Source of the DNA: Geosiphon pyriformis uo1
Taxonomy: Eukaryota; Fungi; Glomeromycota
DNA: 64,000 nucleotides
Reading direction: 5' to 3'
NCBI GenBank assembly: GCA_016748015.1
Contig: JAAOMT010000129.1
Span: 248,001-312,000, forward strand
Part shown: piece by piece, positions 10,800-21,419 of the stretch
Numbering within the stretch: the first letter of the stretch is position 1
How the letters are laid out: the number at the start of each line of letters is the position of its first letter
Made by a program: the position numbers and the translations under genes
Notes under the pieces: generated by a model
The model's database searches: none
What the model was told of the DNA's origin: nothing
The model's input: the letters and a program-made list of their open reading frames with translations, nothing else

Positions 10800-12251
10800 G
10801 AACCAGTTTAAAGAGCTAATTGCAGAATTTGCTAATATCTTTGCTGAAAACAACAATGACTTAGAAAGAACTGATTTGGTTCAACACCAAATCTATACAG
10901 GAGATGCCAAACCAAGGCAACAACAAGCCTACCAAGTTGCTTTAGAAAGCCACCAATTTATCCAAAAAGAAGTACAACAGATGCTTAATAATGGGCTTAT
11001 TCAACCATTAATGAGTTCATGGGCCTCATCTGTGGTTTTAGTTAAAAAGAAAAATGGAAAGATATAATTTTGTGTTGATTATCAACAACTCAACAGTGTC
11101 ACTATTGGAGATGTCTACTCTTTTCCCTGAATTGATGACATGTTGGATGCCCTTGGGAAGTCCAAATACTTTTTGACATTAGATTTAGAGAGTGAATACT
11201 GGCAAGTTGCCATGGATTCCAAAGATCGTCCCAAAACAGCATTCACCACTCAAAAAGGAAATTACGAGTTCAACATAATGCCTTTTAGATTATGCAATGC
11301 ATCAGCAACATTCCAAAGACTCATGGATGTTGTTTATAAAGGCCTTCTTTGGAAATCAGTAGTTGTCTATCTTGATAATACTAATGTTTATTCACCATCT
11401 TTTGAATTACACTTAACACACCTTGGAAATCAGTAGTTGTCTATCTCAATAATACTGATGTTTATTCACCATCTTTTGAATTACACTTAACACACCTGCG
11501 AGAAGTTTTTTAACAATTATAAAAAGCAGGACTGAAACTGAACATTGAAAAATGCTACTTTAGAAAAATGAGTTTGGCCTTTCTTGGCCACATTGTGAGC
11601 AAAGATGGAATTAAACCAGATCTCAGAAAAATCAGCACTGTCAAGAACTTCAAGACTCCACAAAATATCACAGAATTGAGAAGATTTATTGGATTAGCTT
11701 CCTATTACTGAAAATTCATTAAAAAATTCTCAGAAATTGCAAAACTCTTCAACCAGTTTACTACTAAAAATGTTGAATACAAATGGACAGAAGAATACCA
11801 AAAAGCTTTTGAAATTCTCAAGAAAAAGCTGACAACAGCTCCAATTTTAGCCTATCCAGACTTCAGTAACTGATTTCGACTAGCTACAGACACTTCTTAC
11901 ACTGCCTTTGGTGTCATCTTATCACAATTAGATAACAACAGAAATGAGTGAGTAATCGCTTATACTAGCAGAACATTAAAACCAGCCAAGAAAAACTACT
12001 CTGCCACAGAACTAGAAACAGCAGCTGTAATTTGGGCCTTACACCACTTCAACTTTTATTTCAGACCTAAAGAATTTGATATTATCACTGATAATATTGG
12101 ACTCAAATGGCTTCAGAACAAAAACACCCAACTAAACGCAAAACAAACCCGATGAACAGGATTTTTAGCTAACTACCGATACATTGTACATCACAAACCA
12201 GGAAAACTCCACACCAATGTTGATTGTCTCTCAAGAATGAGACAAGATTAG
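10800..12251 (+). pseudogene. Family B reverse transcriptase and RNase H, ending at a stop at 12249-12251
   Basis: SSWASSVVLVKKK, FCVDY, LDLESEYWQV, KTAFTT, MPFRLCNASATFQRLMD, YLDN; RNase H LATDTS, NYSATELE, HKPGKLHTNVDCLSR. Confidence 0.93.
11349..11496 (+). repeat. 74-bp tandem duplication spanning the RT YxDD motif
   Basis: ttggaaatcagtagttgtctat...cacttaacacacc occurs at 11349-11422 and again at 11423-11496. Confidence 0.93.
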
Positions 12252-12297
12252 AACATAAAACCAACACTCATTTGAATTAACAACAAGACAACAAACA

Positions 12298-13683
12298 ATG
12301 AACTCTAAAAACTACAACAATCTTAAACAATATTTGGAGACATTAACAATCTCAACAGATTGGTCTGCAGATGAAAAACACTGATTACAACAACAAGCCA
12401 AACAATACTTCTTACACAACAACATGATTTATTATCGAAACTTCAGAAACCCAGACAATTTACTCAGATTAATACAAGAACATGAAAAAGAAACCATTTT
12501 ATATAACAATCACTCAGAGTCTTTATCAGCACACTTAGGAAAAGACAGCACTACACAGAGAACACTAGAATATTACTTTTGGCCTCAAATGAAAAAAGAC
12601 ATTCATGAATACATTAAGTCTTGTGATAGTTGTTAAAGAAGAGGAAGAACTCACCCTACAGAACCTTTAAACCCAATTAAAGTTGGACAGTCTTTTGACC
12701 AAGTTGGTATCGATTTAGTCAGACCACTATCTATTACAAACCAAGAAAACCATTATATTACAGTAGCTGTAGACTATCTTACCAAATGGCCTGAAGCCAG
12801 AGCCATTCAACAAGCAGATGCAAAATCAATAGCAAACTTCATCTATGAAGACATTATTTGTAGACATGAATGCCCAATAGAACTTTTATCTGATCAAAGA
12901 ACACATTTCGTGAACAATTTAATCCAGGAAATTTGTGGATGATTTAATATCAAGAGACCATTATCTTCACTTTACCATCCACAAACAAATGGACTTGTAG
13001 AATGTTTCAACAGAATATTGTATGAATTATTAGCCAAAGTCTTAACCAATTTTGAGCAAAAATGAGATCTCTTTATTCCATCAGTGTTATTAGCATATAG
13101 AACACTAAAACAAGATACTACAAAACACACACCATTTGATTTAACCTATGAAAGGACAGCAACATTACCAATTAGTTTCACAATGGAAACATATCTAATA
13201 CAACCAATTAATAAAGACAACTTTCAGAAAACACTACAACAAAAAGCCTACACTCTGCTTAGCACGTTGGAAGGAAAACGACGAATAGCAGCCACCCATA
13301 TTAAAAACTCCCAAGCTCAACAAAAAAAACAGCATGACAACAAATTGCTTCCAGTTACCAATGAATTTAAAATCGGAAACAAAGTTCTCTTATACAGAAC
13401 TAAAGCCAAAAAACAATGGAGTGGAAAATTTGAAAACAAATGAGATAGACCATTCTTTATCCATGAAGTCCTAGGCAATAGATTATACAAGCTAAGACTT
13501 GATGACAAAATCCTAGCAAAAGTTGCACATGGAGATTGTTTGAAACACTATAATTCCAAACACAATTCTGAACCATTAATTTCACAAATTGGTACACATT
13601 TCTTTTTAATTAATTCTGAAGATATTCACCAAAATTTAGAACTAATAGTTGTCATTGAACAACCTTCCAACTTGAACACTTAA
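12298..13683 (+). pseudogene. Family B integrase as a separate ORF (HHCC, DDE core, GPF/SH3-like C-terminus; no chromodomain)
   Basis: Own ATG 46 nt after the RNase H stop. HSESLSAHLG...YFWPQM...CDSC; GIDLV; SDQRTHF; YHPQTNGLVECFN; FKIGNKVLL..W.RPF. Confidence 0.9.
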
Positions 13684-13805
13684 CTTAAAATTATTATTAT
13701 AGTTATCTCCTTATAATTTAGAAACAATCTCACAAAAACAAAGCAAAAATAACATAAAAATCTATACACCAAAAATAATTTTCTTTTATTTTCAAATCTC
13801 TTATA

Positions 13806-14482
13806 ATGACTATTCCTCAAAACATTCAACAATTATCCCAAAAACTAATGTTAGCTTTAAAAACAATACCCGAATTATCCATTACTGTTACTGAAAACCA
13901 CATTAATTATACCCAAACAAAAGTAGTTACAAATTTAGTCCCAAATTCACGAAAATATTACTCATATAAGAAGAACACAAGAAGTTATTCTGAAATTCAT
14001 CTGCCAGAACTTTTAAAGCTTGCTTTAAGAGAAAACTTAATGCTCATTTCTATTAGTATTCTACCAAATGCTACTATTCAACAAAAACTTCAACTGTGTC
14101 TTAATGAAGAAAACTACAACTATACTCCAATATATAGATATTTCTACATTGGAAAAACACTTCACAAACGAAAACGGGAGCTTACAGCAGCAAATCTTAC
14201 AAAAAAAGCTATTCAGAAACAACTTCACAACAAATTCAAGACAACAGCTGGACCTACAAACAGTTATTATAAACTAAAAGCTGCTCTTAGACTTTATAAC
14301 CTATTCCACACCTGTAAAAACGTCCTACAAAACCCAATTTTACAGTTTTTGAAGATTCAATACATTAGAAAGCTCACAGAACTGAAATTTTAACAATTTT
14401 CAGACCAAATTTCTTTAATAATTTTGGATTATTATTTGGAAATTACAGACAGTATTTGGACTTTGACAGAGCTCAGTCTTGA
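13806..14482 (+). CDS. Family B ORF-X: unknown ~220-aa soluble protein between integrase and PPT (partly decayed)
   Basis: 195-aa open ORF plus a tail after a CAA->TAA-type stop. Homologous to family A ORF-X (YFYIGKTL vs YFHLGQHL; LQNPILQFLKIQYIRKL vs LLNPEIDFITVNQMRKI). Confidence 0.75.
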
Positions 14483-14493
14483 GAAGAAGGTTA

Positions 14494-15478
14494 TGTTACC
14501 AAACAAAATTAGAGATATTGTTTAGCATGAAATTACCCTTATAAATCTTATTATTAATTAGCATATATTATTGTTTTAAATTATCACTTATTACATTAGC
14601 AAAATGTCCGAAATTATCATTTAATTAATAACCCAATTTGTACATAACACAAATGTAACCTAAGTGTGATGATTAATCATACAATACCCCGAAATATATA
14701 ATATTCAAAAGTTTGCCAAAATTTGTAGAAATTTGCCGAAATAATTGATAGTTCACTGAAATATCTAATAGTTCACAGAAATAACTTGTAGTTTGCCAAA
14801 ATATACTTTTAGTTTGTCGAAACCATAGTAAAGAAAATAGTTCAAGTTTATAGACTAGTACTACAACAAGTTGTATAAAAGAAGAGCTTTTCTCTTCGAG
14901 AAAATATATCTTACTTCAGATTTAACAATTAGAATCATTCTTTACACACAAAAACAAAATAAATATCAAATAAATTCGAAAAACCAAATTTTTTAAATTA
15001 TTGCACTTGGAAAATTCTCAAAACCCAACTGACGTTTTGAAATTAATTAGCTACCAATTTCAATAAACTGTTAGTGACTCTAGGCTTGGATCAAAAACAA
15101 TTTCCTTGACAGAATTCAATTTTCTTTTACATTTCTTTTATTTTTATTTTTATTTTCTCATTACAATTATTAGAGTAGCCTACAGACAAGATTTCTGTAA
15201 AAGAGTTGACTTTTACAGCAAAGTAACTACACATTTTTTTGTGAGCTTTCAGATGAGCAATTTCTGGGAAAGAGTTGACATTTACTACAATGTAATTACA
15301 TAAAGCAACTGGCATGGAATTGGCCATTCCATTTATAAGCCCAGCAGTTCAAATTATAGGAGATAATTTGAAGATAAAATTCAGTTATTGGAGATTCAAA
15401 CACTTCCCATAGTCATGAATTAACAGCACTACAACAAACATATAAGAGCTAAAAAGAGACCAAAAACCTCCGGTAACA
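14494..15478 (+). repeat. 3' LTR, family B
   Basis: tgttaccaaac...ctccggtaaca, preceded by the PPT. Confidence 0.95.
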
Positions 15479-16646
15479 CCGCCAACTCTTGGTACCAGAG
15501 TTTAGCCACCAGACCACAAACATTCCAACAATTCAAAACTGCCTTTTTGGGATATTTTAGCAACAATAACAGTATTAATTGTCTAGCCAATACTTTCACC
15601 ACAATCAAACAGAATAATACTAAAGCAGTCATAATATACTTAGGATGCTTTCATAGAATCCTATGCCAAATTCAAGCCATCGACACCATGTATTTCACAG
15701 AACTCCAGATTCTCAACCAGTTTATTCATGGCCTGTGCAGTAGCATTTTGCAACACATATGCCCATTAACCCAGCCAACCTTCAAGCTGCAGTCACACAT
15801 GCCAGAGATTTCAAATCAGCTGAGCTAAAAGCCAACCACACTCAAGCTGTAAATTTAGTAATAAATAAATCATCTGATTTGGATTCCAAATTGAAGCAAA
15901 TCAGTAATACCATCAATCAGAAAATCAAGGGATACTTAGCTAACAACCAACAGTCCATTTATCAATCTCCCTAAAGACACAGTAATCAGGAAAACTACAA
16001 TTGTTCCCGTATCAAAATAGATCCAGACAAGATAGAGATTATTAAGAACTTTCCAGTACCAAATAATCTCACAGAATTAAGAGCATTCTTGGAATTTGTG
16101 GGATACTACTACCACTTTATCAAGAACTTTTCCAAAATAATCCAACCACTACACCAACTTCAAACAAAAAACATTAAATATAAATAGACTGAAACTTAAC
16201 AAGAAGCTTTTGATATATTGAAAAGAAAGCTTATTCAAGCCCTAATACTGATTTATCCAAATTATAGCAAGCCATTCATAATCACAACCAATACATTTGG
16301 TCAAGCATTGGGAGCAGTACTATCACAGAAAAGAACAGATGGAAGAGAGCATCCAATAGCTTACACCAGTAGAAGCTTAAATCCAGCTGAAAAGAACTAT
16401 AGAACTCCAGTACTGGAACACTTAGCTATCTATTGGGCTGTCATCAAATGGAAAGAATACTTGAGTTAGAAGTTTGACATATATACTGATTACAAAGAAT
16501 TGACTTTAATCCAGAAACAAAAATTTAGAGACAATTGTTATGTCAGATAGAAAATTGAACTTTTATTATTTAATTATACAGTACATTATAAAAAAGGAAA
16601 AAAAAATGAAAATGCCGATAAATTGTTGTGAATAAGACAAATCTAA
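15479..16646 (+). pseudogene. A1 gag remainder (15479-16008) fused directly to the RT C-terminus and RNase H (16009-16646)
   Basis: Gag 'QILNQFIHGL...AVTHARDFKSAEL' jumps at 16008/16009 to 'IKIDPDKIEIIKNFPVPNNLTELRAFL', then RNase H 'ITTNTFGQALGAVLSQ..EHPIAYTSRSLNPAEKNY'. Confidence 0.88.
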
Positions 16647-16676
16647 AAATATTCCAACCCAAAAATATAACAAAAC

Positions 16677-19043
16677 ATAAATATACAAAAATACCAACAA
16701 CTCCAATATTATATAAATACCCAATTGTTTAAGGAGAAATTATCTCAAAAGAAACAAAGAAACATAAAACAACAATCAAAATATTTTGTTAACCATCAAA
16801 ATATACTTTACTGGAAGAACAGAAAAAATTTAGATCAATTAACCAGAGTAATCACAAAATCAGAAAAAGAGACAATATTATTTAACATGCATCCAGATCC
16901 AACAGCAGAATATTTTCATAAAAAAGCAACCATAGAAAGAACCAGAAAAAGATATTATTGGCCATCAATATATTCAGACATCATTCAATATGTTCAAAAT
17001 TGTGATGCTCATCAGAGAAGAGAAGAAACAAAACTCAATGAACCACTAAGACCAATTAAAGTAAGACAACTGTTTGATTGCATTAGAATTGATTTAGTTG
17101 AACCATTAATAATAACTAGCAGAGACAACAAATACATTGCAGTAGTCATGGATTATCTTATTAAATGGCCAAAAGCAAAAGCCATTGTTACAGATGATTA
17201 TTTAGGGTCTCAAATCAAATAACAAACTCATAACTTGGTGTTTAATTAATATAATGTTGTTGATAATATCTAAAAGTGTTGTTTTATCTGAAGATTTTGT
17301 TGTGGAGTTTTTTGTATAATAGACAAAGATTCACTATGGTTGGTTTTGGTTGATTTCTCAAGTCATTTTCCCAATTTCTGTCTTCAACATGATGGCTGGT
17401 TTAATTTGGCAGTTATGCCCTTTTGGTAAGCTATCCATTAATATATATAATTCTACTCTTATTTCTGGTCTTTTACCAGACTATTTTTGACATCAATTAC
17501 TCAGTGTTTAATTTCTTTAATCAGTAGTAAGTCAACAAACAAAAGAAAATAAAATAAAAGAAAATAAAATAAAAAGAAAATAAGAAATTAGAAATAAGCC
17601 AAGGCAATTCAAGTTAGTATCCTGTCAATAGCCATGATCAAAAGCTATTGTTCCAGTGTGGTTAAGTGTTGGATTTTATTAACATGAAGTGTTGATAAAT
17701 AGAAGAGTGATTATATTTTCAAACAAATGACAATAACATAAATTTGAAGAATTGGAGAGATCTTTTATTTATATAATTCCATTTTGGTTAATAGCAACTA
17801 TCTTTAAAATGAGAGTTAATAAATAGAGAAGAAAGGAGATTGTTCTAAATTAATAAAACTCTATTGAATTCTCCTGGAATTACTTTTTCTGCTTTTAACA
17901 CTCTCGCTATATATATATAATTTATGTTATACGAAATTCTGCACATTCATGAGCAATGTACCATAATTTCTTAAGCAATACTTATATTGCTGAGCAATGT
18001 GCCTGTAATTTCTGACAATGTGCTTATTGCTGAACAATATGCCATGATTCTCTGATAATGCTTCACATTGTTGAGCAATGTGCTCATGTGCTAAATATTA
18101 TTTTTTTATTGGTCTATTTTTTCTATCTGTTTTTCCTACTATTTTCTTGTATTTTTTTTCTATGAGTAACACCATTTAAAAAGCAAATGCAGAATCTATT
18201 GCCAAATTCATTCATTAAAATTTGATCTGTCGACATGGATGTCCAAAAGAACTACTATCAGATCAAGGAACTTACTTTGTAAATAGAACATTGGCAGAAT
18301 TAAGTCAAAGATTTGGGATAAAAAGACTATTATTATCACCATACCACCCATAAACAAATGGGCTAATTGAAAGATTTAACAAAACATTGTGTGAAGCAAT
18401 TGCCAAGATCAGCCAAAAAAACCAGGACAAATGGAATTTGATTATATCAACAATATTATTTGCTTATCAAACAATGAAGCAAGACCCTATACAAGCAACA
18501 CTATTTGAATTAATATACAGTAGAACAGCAACATTACCAGTTGAGATAGAAGTCAAGACATATTCAACAGAACTAATAACAGAAGAGAATTTTCAAAGCA
18601 TATTGTTAAGAAGAACATATGATTTAATAGAGACATTAGAAAACACATGGTAAAAAGCAGCTGACAACATCCAAAAGTCACAAGAAAAACAAAAAGAAAA
18701 ACATGATAACCAACTACCAAAGAAACCAGTTGAATTCAAGATTGGAAACAAAGTACTTTTACATCATACCAAAGTGGAAAAACAATGGAGTAGAAAATTT
18801 GACCCCAAATGGGACAGACCATTTCACATAGAAGAAATTCTTGGAAATAGAGCTTATAAATTAAGATAGAACAACAAAATCTTAGCCAAAACAACATATA
18901 GTAATTGACTGAAACCATATTACTATATAGTGTTACCATCCACCAGTAATATTCCACAATTAGAAGTACAAAAAATACTAGTCCAACCAGATAAGATTCC
19001 ATGAGATCTGAAACCAATCATAATCATCAGACCAAACACATAA
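16677..19043 (+). pseudogene. A1 integrase (separate ORF), split by the inverted solo LTR
   Basis: H..H..RYYWP..CDA; IDLV; DYLIKWPKAKAI | SDQGTYF; YHP*TNGLIERFNKTL; stop at 19041-19043. Confidence 0.88.
17186..18171 (-). repeat. Solo LTR (family-A-related subfamily), inverted, TSD ccat
   Basis: The reverse complement starts tgttactcatag and ends ctgtaaca. It is flanked by ccat at 17182-17185 and 18172-18175, and shares the caatagc..gctattg/TACTAAC block with family A LTRs. Confidence 0.93.
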
Positions 19044-19082
19044 ATTTGAACAATAAAAAAAGGATATAAAGACATAATAGAT

Positions 19083-19742
19083 GTGACAGAAGACTTCAGA
19101 AAAATGGAAATCACTGATAACATCTACTCACTAGCACAACAAATCTTCCAACTGATTCAACAACAGAGTATGGAAATTACTATCAATCAACAAACCATTC
19201 AATACCAAGATACCAGAAAGATATTCAAATACAAAAGTCAAAGAAAAACAGAAAACACTATTGACAAAATGGTTCTAAAAATAAAATTGGCAATAGAAGA
19301 ACCAACAAGTGTTACCATATATCAAGAATTGACCAAAGAAACGTGAAAATGGTGAATATACAAATTTCCGAGAAACTTTTGCTATTTTCACTTGGGACAA
19401 CACTTAAATATTTAGAACTTATACACAGATAAAACAAAATGATTATTTAACACAACAATACTACAACAACTGGAACAATTTGTGGAAAAGAACAATCTAA
19501 TAACACAAGCAAAAGCCATCTATCAATTGCATACTGGATTTTAAGACAGACTGGAAATTTTACTTAATCCGGAAATAGACTTTATTACAGTTAACCAAAT
19601 GAGAAAAATAATCAACACCCAATTTGAAGAATTACAGAACAAAATAACTCAAGTAATTCTCGAAAAAGAAGTTCAAGAAATACTCAAAGACAGAAAATTA
19701 GAGTTAGAAAATGTGGGAGATCTTGATGGAGCTCAATATTAA
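19083..19742 (+). pseudogene. A1 ORF-X (~219 codons, in one frame with several TGA/TAA/TAG lesions)
   Basis: MEITDNIYSLAQQIFQLIQQQSMEITINQQTIQY...FCYFHLGQHL...DLDGAQY*; colinear with 62605-63255. Confidence 0.78.
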
Positions 19743-19756
19743 AAAGAAGAAAATAA

Positions 19757-20541
19757 TGTTACTTATAGAATATAGGAAGTATATATTAGCATAAATTAGC
19801 CAATCAGAAATAACCATTGTAAATGTGAAATTGCAGAATTCCAGAAATTTTAGGATTCTTGTACAAAGAATTGCAGGATTCCAGAATTTCTGGTGTGAGG
19901 AATTGAGAAATCAAGAAATCTCAATTATATATATATAGCAGTAGTATTAGAAAGAAAAAAGGCAGGATCTTTTAGTTAGAGATCTCTTAATTTAGATTTG
20001 ATCTAAGCAACCTTCCATATTACAAATATCAATAAACATCTATTTGTTATCTTAATCCATGCTCCACTATTGGCACTATATGTTGATAGTAATTGATACT
20101 TAACCATACTAAAACAATAGCTCTTGATCATGGCTATTGACAAGATACTAACTTGTAAATACCTTGGCTTATCTCTTTTCTTTATTTTTTTATTTTTCTT
20201 CTTTTTTTTTATTGTGTGTACTAATTGATTAAGGATTAAAGCACTGAATTATTGACATCAAGGATTGCCTGGTAAAAGACCTCTGCAAGTAAGTAGAGCA
20301 TATACAAGAATTATAAATTACTTACCAGAGGATTGCCGGCCATCAAGCCAAGAAAAAAATTGATGAAATTGCGATTCTGGAAGATTATTAAAAACAACTA
20401 TTGAATCTTTGTCCATTATACAAAGAACTCAACCAAAACTTTCAGATATAAACCACCCTTAGTAATCAACATCATTATATCAATTGAGCACCAAGTTATG
20501 AGTTTGTTATTTACCAGAGACATCAATAATCACTTATAACA
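19757..20541 (+). repeat. 3' LTR, family A (785 bp)
   Basis: tgttacttatagaatatagg...cacttataaca, preceded by the purine tract aaaaagaagaaaa. Confidence 0.9.
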
Positions 20542-21256
20542 ATATTATCATATTTATATAATAAATAATACTGTAGTATTTTGTGTCTTTTGTATAATAA
20601 AATTGAAATTTCTGATCATTTATTTTTATGTTTATTAAATTTTATTGTATATAATGCTTTGTTGGTTTTTTAGACTATTATATAAGAATTTTTTTTTGGT
20701 TTATGTTAATTTTTTTTTGTATATCTTAATTGTTGTTATTATGTTTGTTAAATTTTGTAGTTTATATTATTTTATATAAAAGTGTTATTTTTAAGACTTG
20801 GTTTCTAAAATTTTTCTTTGTTTTTGAAAATTCTAAGATTATTATAAATAAAATTACAAGTTTCATATATGGTTTGGCTTTAGTTTACAGAGATAAAATT
20901 TGACTTATAGACTCTAAATATTATGTAGTTATAAAAAAAAGAAGTTTGATTCTATTAAATAGTTTAGTGTTTTTTTTTGTTAACAGTTTTCAAAATGTGT
21001 TGTTAAAAGATATGATCAAATTACTTGATATTATTAAAACTTTAAGTATAAGTTTTAGCATATATGTTTTATGTCTATTTATTTTTGATATTAACAATAA
21101 TATTAGTGTTTATATAAAAGCTTAATATTGTTTTAACTGGCTTAAATAACTGGTTATATATAGTAAATACATAATTTATATTTAGTTTAGATTATTTAGT
21201 TTAATGTATTATATTAAGTAATATTTAGATCTTATTTATAAAACCAATAAAAAAAA
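20542..21256 (+). pseudogene. Highly decayed LINE ORF2 C-terminus (zinc-knuckle region) plus 3'UTR and A-tail
   Basis: LYNK*YCSILCLLYNKIEISDHLF matches RLYNKSYPGVLCLLCDKIKLSDHSF of LINE-2. The terminal '...ISVYIKA*' matches '...VFVSIDV*'; ends in aataaaaaaaa. Confidence 0.75.
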
Positions 21257-21419
21257 TTTAATTAATTAATTTTTTGGTTGTATAGTTTTTTTTATTACAA
21301 GTTTTACAAGTGAAGCCTAACTACTATCTAATACATAAAACCAAACTAAGTAGAACTAACTAAATGCAGTTCATATACTTACTATATATGATTAGCCATT
21401 CAGGCCAGATAAAACAACA

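Larger units (their letters stand above)
5529..15478 (+). mobile_element. Complete Ty3/Gypsy-type LTR retrotransposon, family B, nested in A1 gag; 4-bp TSD ctgc/ccgc
   Basis: Near-identical 984/985-bp LTRs, PBS at 6515, PPT gagaagaagg at 14481-14490, domain order Gag-PR-dUT-RT-RH-IN. TSD 5525-5528 versus 15479-15482 differ by one CpG transition. Confidence 0.95.
3393..20541 (+). mobile_element. Ty3/Gypsy-type LTR retrotransposon, family A copy A1 (internally deleted or chimeric; contains nested element B and an inverted solo LTR)
   Basis: LTRs at 3393-4320 and 19757-20541 (TG...CA-type ends), PBS at 4323, PPT at 19741-19753. Gag, RT tail, RNase H, IN and ORF-X are colinear with the copy at 54085-64000. 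Confidence 0.85.

Noticed and set aside
11365-11385. YLDN instead of YxDD in every RT copy as a novel catalytic motif
   Set aside because: GAY-GAY to GAT-AAY is the G->A lesion seen throughout these TEs, so the ancestral motif is most simply YLDD.
13440-13683. Chromodomain at the integrase C-terminus
   Set aside because: Only a short tail ending in EPIIIIE/ELIVVIE-like residues follows the GPF/SH3-like segment, with no aromatic-cage pattern.
13806-14482. ORF-X as an envelope gene
   Set aside because: No signal peptide, furin site or transmembrane helix, and it is too short.
17186-17222. Shared C-terminal peptide VT(D/G)D(Y/F)L(G/K)SQIK in ORFs 16725-17222 and 28351-28827
   Set aside because: Both ORFs simply read into the inverted end of an inserted LTR, so this is not a protein motif.
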